Below are positions 35,701-47,400 of a DNA stretch of 64,000 nucleotides, piece by piece; the first letter of the stretch is position 1; each line of letters starts with the position of its first letter. The stretch comes from Azolla caroliniana (lineage: Eukaryota; Plantae; Polypodiophyta): NCBI GenBank assembly GCA_043228905.1, contig JBHGNT010000015.1, positions 17,794,001 through 17,858,000 of the forward strand, written 5' to 3'. Below the pieces are notes generated by a model that was not told the origin of the DNA, searched no databases, and saw only the letters and a list, made by a program, of their open reading frames with translations. The position numbers and the translations under genes were made by a program.

Positions 35701-36784
35701 CCTGCGCATCACTTCACTATCCACGGAGTGGAGTTCAATCTCACCTTCGTCGTCACAAGATCGTCCAACCATGTAGCCTACGAGTGCTTACTAGGAAGAC
35801 CATTCCTACATATAAGCCGCCTAGTCATGGATTTTGGGAATGATATAATCTATATGTGAAAGGACAACAAAACCTTTTGCATCAAAGCGTACACACAAAA
35901 AGTGCATGAACAAGAAGGCAGCCCTCTCATAGACGATTGGTCAGAAACCATTGAGTTCGAGACCAACCTCCTAGCGTGCAACCCCACGAAGACAGTTCAA
36001 CTCTTGACCAGAGGCCAAGACTTTCCTCAAAGCCCCACCACTTCCAAAGAGGAGAACACACATGAGAGAGACGACCAATCCTTCATCTCCGAGACGTCAG
36101 AAATGAAATGGGTGCACGCTTTCGCCACAACCGACGCAATGTACCCTATAGGTACAAAGTGTTGTGATAAGAATGGAGAAACAATCGGGTGCTTCACCGT
36201 CACCACCCTAGGACCCCAGCGAAAAGACGTAGACGTAAAGGACGAAGAACTGGGACAACGAGTCACACGTCCAGGTGACGTCACGACCACTCAAGAGGCT
36301 GTGACGGAAGCGGACTTCCCAGAGCATTTCAAACTCTATGAACAAGGGAGTAGGGCAGTGGCTTGTAAGAGACCGCAACGCAACCCTTAAGGCCTAGGAG
36401 AAGTCTATGATGGACCAGCAAGGGTGAAAGAAATCAACCTTGGGAAAGGGGCAGACTCCAAACCGGTGTTCATAGCTACAGATCTCCAACCTGACGAGGA
36501 GGCGTCCTTGATCACTCTCCTCACGGAATTTAGCGACGTGTCTGCATGGTCGTACGTCGACATGAAGGGAGTCCCAGCTGAGGTCGTCACACATAGTATC
36601 CCCATGCGAGCCGACGCCTGCCCAATCCGGCAAAGGCCACGTCCAATGAACCCTAACTACGCCCAACAAGTGAAAGCCGAAATCAACAAAATGTTGGCTG
36701 TAGGCATTATCTACCCAATCGAACGAACTACTTGGGTCTCCCCAATTGTAGTCGTCCCAAAGAAAAACGGCCAAATCCACATAT
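32773..36784 (+). pseudogene. gag-pol: Gypsy D gag-protease-RT N-terminus (one frame, premature stops)
   Basis: ORFs 32773, 33271, 33787, 35902 and 36424 share one frame. Four Cys/His knuckle-like motifs, IIDTGAGVSIV protease, WVSPIVVVPKKNG RT start. Confidence 0.92.
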
Positions 36785-37240
36785 TATTGTCCAGAGGACA
36801 GAAATGTAAAATTAGGAAATTAGCAAACGCCGAGTCCGAGTATCACGGGCCACCGATGGCTCGACTATGTGTTAGGGGAAAAGTTATTTTAATGAGGAGC
36901 AGTACCTCAGAGGGGAGAAAAAGAAAATTATAGGCGGAAGCACTAGCTTAGTCATTTGTAATTAGATAAACTCGTAAGGTCACCGGCCATAGGCCGTGTT
37001 CTGTAATCCTTTTCTGCCATAGTAATATATCTTAATTGTGCCTATTTTGCTGCATGAGTCTGTGCTTTGATCCATACCTATGAGTTTCATGCCGCCATGT
37101 CTATCAAAACCACGCTAGTGTTTTCTCTCTGAGCCCTGTATCTCTCTCTACGCCTCTGTTACGAGCCTTCACGTACCACGCCCTTGAAGACCGATAGACG
37201 CAGATCTATCTAAGGTGTTCACCCAAAGGAACGGGTAACA
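36785..37240 (+). repeat. 5' LTR of Gypsy E
   Basis: TATTGTCCAGAGGACAG (TG mutated) ... GGGTAACA; matches 53037-53305. Confidence 0.9.
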
Positions 37241-40200
37241 CAATTTGGCACGCCCGGTTACAGCTGTGAGTGCACAGCGAACTTCGTTGAAGGTAACCAC
37301 CAGCCGTCGTTACGGCGCCCTCTCGCACCACGAGGTCTCGGCCACCTGCCCGACGCCCTGAGCCAGTCGAAGGAACTTCCGACTCGGCGGTCACTGACCA
37401 ATCCTTTCCCGATCAATCGGGGCTTGTCCAGTGCAATCCTCGCCACCGGACACTCAATCGCGAGTGGATTCACCACCAGAACCCCCGTTGAGCCCTCCGG
37501 AGGTCAATCAACTGGAACTAAACCCTTTTCCGGCGCTACCAGAAGAACCGCAGTACGACATCATGTCGTACCCATACCCACGATATGCCGATGGACCTGA
37601 CGCGGAGTCACACGTCTGTGCCTTCATATCCACGTGGCAGGCTAACCACTCCACGCACCGCCTCACACCGGCCGAAATTGATGCCTCGAAGATTGCCGAG
37701 TTCACACTCTCCCTCGATGGACCGGCCGCACGATGGTACTCTCGCCTAGAAATAAGAGAGGCCACCACTTTCCAAATCGTGCGCACAAAGTTCCTTGAAC
37801 TTTTTCATCGCGAGGTGCCTAAACGGGAACTGCTACGACAATTCTTCTCTATATGCCCGGAACCGCACGAAACGGTCGCGCAGTTCACGATCCGATTCCA
37901 GGATCTCTACAGACAAGTGGCTGATGATGTCTCGGCACAACATATACCGGACACTTTCCTATCCAGTTTACGAGAGCCTCTACGAACAACTCTCGCACTT
38001 ACAAATTTCGCCAACCATACTATCGAACAAGTCATAGCGTGCGTTCTCGCCCTCGATCGGAACCAGCACGGCACGGCCTTCTCGATGACATCCTTGCAAA
38101 ACGCTCTTCCCCAAGAGGACAATCGCTTTCGCCAAGCCCTCCAATGCACTGCGTGTTCAGGATCAAGGCACCTGGCCCTCGAATGTCCCCACCGACCACA
38201 GTGTCCGATCTGTCAGTCTCGAGCTCACACGGTCGAGCAGTGCGAATATAATATGCTGAACCGCACAACGGCAGCACCAGTCTGCCAGATCGAGACACGC
38301 AATACATACTCTCGGCAGGACGAGCGATATATCTACCGCGACCAGGATAACGACCAACCGCGATCCTCGGATCGATGGCGCCGAAACAACGACTACCAAC
38401 GTGATAATCGCCGTGATTATTATCGCGATGACCGGCACAACGATTATGCTCGATACGATGACGATCGCGATGATCGGTATGACCGAAGGAACTCACGCAT
38501 GGATAGGCGAAACGGCAATCGCAACACACGCAACAACAGAAGACCAAATCACAACCGCCGACGGGACGTTCCTCAACATGACCAACGCAACTCCAACGCA
38601 CCTCGGAACAACCCACCACCAAACGAGACCGAGGATCAACAACAACAGCTTCCACACACAGACCGAGCGGACACCAGCAGCTGCCAACATGACATGTTTT
38701 AAATGTAACCAACTAGGCCACTACGCCACGCAATGTCCGACAACCAACCGTGGCAAGGCACCCGCGGTAAACAGTATCATGGCCGATGTTCAAACGGTCA
38801 CTACCCGGAGTAAAGCGCAAATGACTCAGTGGAAAATCCAGGATGAAGTACGACAGGCAGCAAAAGAATGGGTCAACACGGCCAATAAAAATAATGCCAC
38901 ACGCATGCAAATTGACATGAAGGACGGGCCTAGTGAAGTACCACAAACCCCGGCACCAGCCACGTCGGAGGAGGACAACCAGCTATGGGATGTTCTTACC
39001 AACTCCTGCATCTCGCTACCCCTACATAAACTGCTACCACTCATGCCGAGATTTTGGGACACCCTGGCGGCACTACAGGCCAATACTAAGGCCGTGACAC
39101 CACCGGTACACCTCACCGAAGCAGGAACCGGTCCACCACTCATGGATTCTCAGAACCCAGCCGTGCGAATCATCATTAAGGGACAAGACCTGCACGGATG
39201 CATCATCGACGGCAGATCCGGCGTAAATGTTATTAGCGAATCAACGTGTCTCAAACTCGGCCTGAATCAATGGGAACCATGCCCCTTTTGGCTTCGGATG
39301 GCCGACACCCGCTCCGTTCGCCACATTGGTTTAAGCCGCCATCTCGACTTCACACTCGGAGGCCACATGTTCACGATCTCGGCCGTCGTGCTACGACTGG
39401 AGACACAAGGCGCCTACCCAATGTTACTAGGTCGACCATGGTTGCGTACAGCGAATATCAAGCAACATTGGCAACGCAACATGATCTCGTTCCGAAGAGG
39501 GAAGAAAAAAGTCTGAATCATCACTGAAGAACGAGTCCCCGTCGCCCTCAACACTTCGCCGTTATACGCGGAAGGGGTCCATATGCTCGACGGATTGGCC
39601 AATGAGGAGGTCGATGGCTTCCTAGATGATCATCCCACGATCATTCCTCTCTTCGAAATCAATGCCTTACCAACCATCGAGCCATCTAAAGATGAGGAAG
39701 TCACGGCGGAGTCACCACCCCAGGATGAACCCGATGCAACCACAGTTGCCGAGCTACGTCATGCTCGGGAGGCTTTCGAACGCGAACTCGCCATTTCACA
39801 ACGAGTGAAAGCATCAACCCTGGAAACAATAAACCTCGGTTCGGACGAGAATCCCCGTATGGTACAAATTGCCAATAATCTACCAACCGGCGAACGGGCA
39901 TGTCTTGTAAAATTACTCACCGACTACCAGGATGTTTTCGCTTGGTCTTACACCGATATGAAGGGGCTGGATCCTCAATACTACCAACATCAAATTCATA
40001 TCTTACCCGACACTCGGCCGGTTTAGCAGAGGCGCTACAGGATGAACCCCAACTACGCCGCTAAAGTCAAAGAGGAAATTGACAAGTTACTCCGAGTGGG
40101 CTTCATTCGCCTTGTTAAACGGGCTACATGGTTGAGCCCGATCGTAGTGGTCCCAAAGAAGAACGGAAAAATCCGCGTCTGTGTCGACTATCGGAAGCTT

Positions 40201-42089
40201 AACGCGGCAAAAGTCACCGACGGTTTCCCTCTCCCATTCACGGATAGCGTCCTCGACACAGTAGCCGGCCACGAATGCTACAGTTTCCTCGACGGGTTCA
40301 GCGGCTATAACCAGATAAGAATGCACCCGGAGGATCAGGAGAAAACCACTTTCATCACGGAATGGGGTGTTTTTGTAGCAGAAGTTATGATGTTCGGTCT
40401 AAAAACAGCGCCGGCTACGTTCCAGCGCATCATCACTGAAATCTTTCATGACTACATCCCGGCGTTCATGCAAGTTTTTCTCGACGATTTCGCCGTGTAT
40501 GGCCATCGACGGGAACACATGGCCCAGTTACGACTCTGCCTGGACCAATGTCGCCAAGCTCGATTGAGTTTAAACCCGGCGAAATGAGCGTTCTTAGTCA
40601 CCATCGGCAACCTTCTCGGCCACATTGTTAGTCAAGAAGGCATCACTATGGACCCAGATAAAGTAAAGGCAATCCTGGATGCCACCGCACCCTCGAACGC
40701 TAAGGCACTAAGCCGTTTTTTGGGACAGATCCGGTGGCACAACCGAATGTTACGACACCTGGCCGATTTCGCGACACCCTTACATGCGGCAGTCCATCGC
40801 CTTCCTTTCCAATGGACGTCAGTCGAGGACACGGCCTATCAGACCCTGAAACGAATGTTGTCACATGCCCCGGTGGTCCAGTCTCCGGTTTGGTCCGAAC
40901 CGTTTCATGTCTTCGTAGATGCTTCGGACATCGCCATCGGAAGTGCTCTGATGCAATGCACACCCCCGAATTGGTATAGGCCCGTGTACTACGCCAGTCG
41001 ACGGCTCTCAACCGCGGAAAAGAATTACTCCACCACCGAGCGGGAGGCTCTCGGTATGATTTATAGCATCAATAAATTTCGGCATTACCTCTTGGGCCGA
41101 AAATTTACCTTTCACGTGGATCACTCGGCCCTTCTTTATTTGGTCAATAAACAAGCCCTCACCGGACGGTTGGCTCAGTGGATGCTCCTACTACAAGAGT
41201 TTGATTTTCAGATTCAGCATCGACCCTGGGTACAACATGCCGTCGCCGACTACTTCAGCCGTCTTGAGTCAGGAGAACCGGCGAAAACAACGTACGACGA
41301 GCTACCGGACGTCAGCCTATTTAACTTGACCTCGGTTCCAGATGATAACGGAGATGAATGGATCACGGAAATGACCCATTTTCTCACTACCGGCGTACCT
41401 CCCGAGCACATGACCCTTGACACGAGGAAACGCCTAGCAGTGCGTAGCCGGAATTTTTGCCTCGTCTCGGACATTCTCTACCACAAAGGCTCGGACGGCA
41501 TATGGCGCCGAGCGATTCGGCAATTCGAGAAGAACGCCGTTCTTCAGGAAGCCCACCAGGGAGCAGCTGGGGAACACTATGCCGGGGATTCCACGGCAAG
41601 GAAAGTTTGGCAAAGTGGATTATGGTGGCCGACAACAAAGAAAGACGCTCACGAGTTTTGCCGGCAGTGCGATTTGTGCCAACGTCTGGGGCAACCAATG
41701 GAATAGTCACGGATGCCACACCAATCGATTCTTCCGTTGGACCCATTTCAAAAATGGGGTTTGGCTTTTGTAGGTCCTTTCAAACCACCCGCGGCCCAAA
41801 CAGGGAATAGATATATTATCGTTTCCACGGATTACTGCACCAAATGGGTCGAGGCTAAGGCACTCCGAGATAACACGGCGGCATCCACGGCTAAATTTGT
41901 GTACGAGCACCTCTGGTGCCGTTTCGGATGTCCAATCGAGCTCGTTAGTGACCAAGGTGGGCACTTCGTCAATCATATAATACGTGAGCTTACACACCAC
42001 TACGCGGTGGTGCACAAGAAAAGCACACCATACTACCCGCAGGCAAACGGCTTGGCAGAATCGACCAACAAAATCCTCCAAACCATACT

Positions 42090-42189
42090 NNNNNNNNNNN
42101 NNNNNNNNNNNNNNNNNNNNNNNNNNNNNNNNNNNNNNNNNNNNNNNNNNNNNNNNNNNNNNNNNNNNNNNNNNNNNNNNNNNNNNNNN
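42090..42189. other. Assembly gap (100 N)
   Basis: Run of N. Flanks are Gypsy E integrase and Copia B2 gag, so several kb are missing or the join is uncertain. Confidence 0.99.
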
Positions 42190-43647
42190 ATTTCTCTCTG
42201 GTGACTTCTTCGAATCGGTGTCGTCGGCTCCGTTGTCTTTTCGGTAATGCCGACAATTCTTTCGGAAGTGCCCCGGCTTCCCACAGTGGAAGCATGTGGG
42301 TCTTCCTCTTGACTGCGACCGGGTCCCCGACTTCTCCCGTCTTTGCGGACTCCGGTTCCATTGTCTTCCCCGATCCGATTCGGTAAACAACATCTTCGGG
42401 TCGGAGGTCGGTTCCTTATCTCTCCGACGCGCTTCTTCATTCAAAATACTTGTCTTTACCGTTTGTAAGGACAAGTTATCTTCGGTGCACGAGGTGCTGA
42501 GAGTCACCACCAAGTTCTCCCAGCTTTCTGGCAATGTACACATCAGGATGATGGCTTGCATTGCATCCTCCAACGGGAACTTGATCGCCGCAAGCTGATT
42601 CACGAATCCCATGAACGTGCTTACGTGTTCGACCATACTCTCGCCGTCCCGGTACTTGAGGTTCACTATCTTCCTCATCAGGGAGGTCCGGTTCAACGCA
42701 TTCTTCCTCTCGTAGAGGCCCGACAGCTTCTTCCACATCTCATATGCGTTGGTGTCATTCGCCACATGTTGTAGGACGCTTACATCGACATATTGTCGGA
42801 TCGTCGCTACGGCTTTCCGGTTCAGGAGCTTCCACTCCGACTCAAGTACCCCTTTCGGTATTTCCGACCTGTCAATCGGTTCGTACAGGTCCCGAACAAT
42901 CAGAAGATCCTCCATCTTGATCTTCCAGTCGGCGTAATTCTGTGCATTCAGCACCATCATCATCGGCTGCCCGCTGCCGCCGCCTTCCATTTTCTGCAAC
43001 AGTCGCTCTGATACCAGTTTGTAAGGAAATAGACGCTTCTATTCACCTTCACCGCTCGGCCACAACTGAGTAATCGCTGATCAATGGAGCAGAAAATAGG
43101 AACCACACGGAGAAAGAAACAAAACACGAGCACACAGGGATTTAACGTGGAAAACCCTAGATGGGAAAAACCACGGGAGTACAAGACTCCAACGACACTA
43201 TGCAAAGAGAAGTATACAGTGGCGAGCTCCAAGGCGACGACCTTGAGCTCGCTGTCCTCGCCACAGGCGGCGGAAATACACAGAGGCGTCGTCCTCTTTC
43301 TCTCTCGCGCTCTATCTCTCTCTCTCTCTCTTTCTCACGGCTGCTCTCTCTCTTCACTCCTCTTAAGTGGAAAAACAGAAAAATGAGAAGCAACAACAAA
43401 ACTGTTTGCCCTAAGTCATATTTATACATATATGACTTTAGGGCTATTTACAACTATAGCCTCAGAGGGGCCCTTAGCAGACATATTCACGGATATGTCC
43501 CTGCATCCGGATCTCTTCTTCGGGTACATTCGTCATCCGACTCCGAAGTCGGGGTCTTCATCATCCGGTTCCGAAACCGAAACCGGGCTTGTCGACTTTG
43601 GTCTCCGACATCCGACCATCCCATCTGAAGGGACCGAAATCCCAACA
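42190..43647 (-). mobile_element. Copia B2: 5' LTR (43020-43647), Met PBS (43004-43016) and gag start (ATG at 42990); remainder in the gap
   Basis: Gag nearly identical to B1 and B3; LTR related but diverged. Confidence 0.93.
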
Positions 43648-44463
43648 CGTTCCAGCTCGGCACACTCGTCGGTGACACGGTCAAAAGTTGGGCCAATGGT
43701 TTTCGGCTTAGACCATATCGAGGGACTACACCACCCAACCCGTTTACCGAGCCACACGGCACCAACGAGACTCGAGAGATCACCACAGAGGATGCCACGT
43801 GTCCCCCTGAATAAGGACTCACCCACCTTCTTGAAATTAATAAAAGTAGTAGTAGGTAGGATTAACCATAGTTAGCCACTGATTAGCTACACCTACACCA
43901 CCCACCTAGGCACCCACAATTTTAGGAGCACCCCTCGCCACCACTCAATTAGTACCTATTTAAGTTGTTCACACATGCAAACCACATGCAAAGCACTAGA
44001 AGCACCCCACTCACCTTCAGGACACGTGGTGCTAGTCACTTATTATGGCACCCACGACTCAGAATCTTCAGGATTCGCTGTAGGCACAAAACCCTAGGAA
44101 TAAGTTACTAAAACCGTTTCCAAAACGCAGCACAGACCATTATCGCTCTCCATCTCCATTGCTCTCAAGATAAGAAACCCCATCTCGCCCTCATCACGCG
44201 AAGCGCTCTTGCTCTCAAGCCCTCTTCCGCTCTCATAACCTCTCTGCTAGACTTCCCCTTCCTGCTGCTCCTCCTGTGGCTCGCCCTCGCCTCATCACTT
44301 TGCTTCACGCTTCCACACAGTCAAACCCCGTCTCCATCTCCACCATGCCTCTTACCGCCTCAACAGAAACCCGCGCCTGGCTCCAGGAACGAGGAATGGG
44401 TGGTTACCTGAAGATCATCGATGCCCCCACGCACCCAGATGCCCAAACTATGGCTAAACGTAT

Positions 44464-47400
44464 TGTTGGGATTTCGGTCCCTCCGGATGGGATGTCCAGA
44501 GATGAATGACGGCAAGTCCGGAGGCTGTTACGGAACCAGAGGATGAAGGGTACCCGGCATGAAGCCGGATGAAGACCCCGGCCACGGAGCCGGATGACGA
44601 AGACCCCGGCTACGGAGCCGGATGACGAAGACCCCGGCTACGGAGCCGGATGACGAAGAGAAGACCCGGCTACGGAGCCGGATGATGAATGTACCCGGAG
44701 AGAGATCCGGATGCGGGGACATATTTGTGAATATGTTTGCCAAGGGCCCTTGAGGCTATATTTGTAAATAGCCCGAAAAGTCATATGTGTATAAATATGA
44801 CTTAGGGCAAACAGTTCAATGTTGTTGCTCATTTTTCTGATTTCACCTAGAGAGAGCGAAGAGAGCAGCCGCGAGAGAGAGAGAGAGACGAAGAGGTCGT
44901 TGCCTCTGTGTATTGCCGCCGCCTGTGGCGAAGACAGTGAGCTCAAGGTTGTTGCCTTGAAGCTTCACCATTGTACATCCCTGTTCATAGTGATAGTTGG
45001 AGTTTGAGGACTCCCGTGGTTTTTCCCATTTAGGGTTTTCCACACAAAATATCCTGTGTACTCCTCTCTCTATAGTCTTCGTGTACTTTGTATTTCCCAT
45101 TTTCGGAGAGTTGATCCTATTCCTCGGTTGTGGCCGAGCACCGTTTGCAACAAAGTGGTATCAGAGCGACGGTAACACAGAAAATGGAAGGCGGCAGTAG
45201 CGGGCAGCCGGGGATGATGGTGCTGAATGCGCAGAACTACGCCGACTGGAAGATAAAGATGGAGGATCTGCTCATTGTTCGGGACCTGTATGAACCGATT
45301 GACAGGTCGGAAATACCCAAGGGGGTACTTGAGTCGGAATGGAGGCTTCTGAACCGGAAAGCCGTTGCAACCATTCGGCAATACGTTGACGTGAGCGTTC
45401 TACAACATGTGGCGAACGACACCAACGCATATGAGATGTGGCGGAAGCTGTGGGGCCTCTACGAGAGGAAGAATGCGTTGAACCGGACCTCCCTGATGAG
45501 AAAGATAGTGAACCTCAAGTACCGGGACGGCGAGAGTATGGTTGAACACGTAAGCACGTTCATGGGATTCGTGAATCAGCTTGCGGCGATCAAGTTCCCG
45601 TTGGAGGATGCAATGCAAGCCATCATCCTGATGTGTACATTGCCGGATAGCTGGGAGAACTTGGTGGTGACTCTCAGCACCTCCTGCACCGAAGATAACT
45701 TGTCTCTACAAACGGTAAAGACAAGTATTTTGAACGAAGAAGCGCGTCGGAGAGATAAAGAACCGGCCTCCGACTCGAAGGCGCTGCTTACCGAATCGGA
45801 ACGGGGAAGACAATGGAACCGGAGTCCGCAAAGACGGGAGAAGTCGGGGACCCGGTCGCAGTCAAGAGGAAGGCCAACATGCTTCCACTGTGGGAAGCCG
45901 GGGCACTTTCGGAAGAATTGTCGGCATTACCGAAAGGACAACGGAGCCAACGACACCGATTCGAAGAAGTCACCGGAGAGAAACGGTGCATACCGGGGAG
46001 CCACGGACCGGAGAGGTCCGGATCGGCGAGGGCAGGACCGGAAAGGAACGACGGCACTCGCGGCAAGTGAAGAAGAGATAATGCTCATTACCGAAGAGAG
46101 GGAGCTGAACCTTGCCGGTGAAGAGATGACCTGGGTGGTCGATTTCGGAGCGTCGTTCCACCTGACCCCGGAGAAGAAATACTTCTCATCCTACACAGCC
46201 GGTGAGCATGGCTGTGTCCGGATGGGAAATGAAGATACATGCCGGATTGCCGGCATAGGAGACGTATGGCTGATGACATCAACCGGATGCAAGATGCTGC
46301 TGAAGGATGTACGACACGTTCCGGAGGTCCGATTGAACCTGATTTCGGCCGGGAGGCTAGACGATGAAGGCTACACGGGTAGCATCCGGAACGGTGTCAT
46401 GAAGTTCAGCAAAGGGAGCCTGATAGTGGCTCGGGCCCGGAAGGTCAACACACTGTACCTGATGAATTCCCGACTATGTCCGGAGGAGCTGAACGTGGCA
46501 GCCGACACTGCCGGTGAGCTGTGGCACAAGAGACTGTGCCACATGAGTGAGAAGGGGATGAAGAGGCTTGCAGAAGACAACCTTATTCCGGTGAAGCATG
46601 TGCACCTGGAGAAGTGCACCGACTGCCTGGCCGGTAAGCAAAACCGGACCTCCTTCCACTCAAGGCCACCGACGAGACGTAGTGTAGCATTGGAGTTGGT
46701 GCACACTGATGTGTGTCAGGTAGAAACGAAGTCACATGGCGGAGCCCAATACTTCGTAACATTTATAGATGACCATAGCCGGAAGCTGTGGACGGCACCG
46801 TTGAAGACAAAGGACCAAGTATTGTCCGTCTTCAAAGAACTCCACGCGAGAGTGGAAAGGGAATCCGGCAAGAAGCTGAAAGCGATACGAGCGGATAACG
46901 GAGGGGAAAACCGGGGGCAGTTCCAGGAGTACTGTCGCTCGAAGGGAATCCGGCTCGAGTTTACTGTGCCGAAGACGCCGGAACTAAACGGGCTGGCCGA
47001 GAGGATGAACCGGACCATAATGGAGAGGGTCCGGAGTATGCTGGCGCATGCGAAATTACCCAAGGGGTTTTGGGCTGAGGCAATGTCGACGGCGACATAT
47101 GTGATAAACAGATCACCCTCAGTACCTTTGGACGGAGACACGCCGCAGAGAGTGTGGACCGGTAGGGAAGTATCCTACCGGCATCTGAAGGTGTTCGGGT
47201 GTCTCGCATACGTGCATGTGGCAAAGGACCGGAGAGGAAAGCTAGATCCAAAGACCCGGCCATGCATATTCCTCGGTTACGGCGACGACGAGTTCGGCTA
47301 CCGAGTATGGGACCCGGTCGACAAGAAGATATTCAGGAGTCGAGACATCATCTTCATGGAGGACAAGACACTCGCCGACTGGGAGTCGGAGAAGAAGATG

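Larger units (their letters stand above)
37431..43813 (+). pseudogene. gag-pol: Gypsy E gag-pol, interrupted by stops, one frameshift, the assembly gap and Copia B2
   Basis: Gag 37431-38702; CFKCNQLGHYATQC; IIDGRSGVNVI protease; FLDGFSGYNQI and VFLDDF RT; VDASD RNase H; integrase to 42089, resuming 43648-43813 (WANGFRLRPY). Confidence 0.93.

Noticed and set aside
38401-38702. Programmed gag-pol frameshift in Gypsy E
   Set aside because: No clear slippery site and the element has several other lesions, so a mutational indel is as likely.
41707-42440. ORFs spanning the N run that appear to fuse Copia Gag with Gypsy integrase antisense
   Set aside because: Artefact of translating through the 100-N gap.
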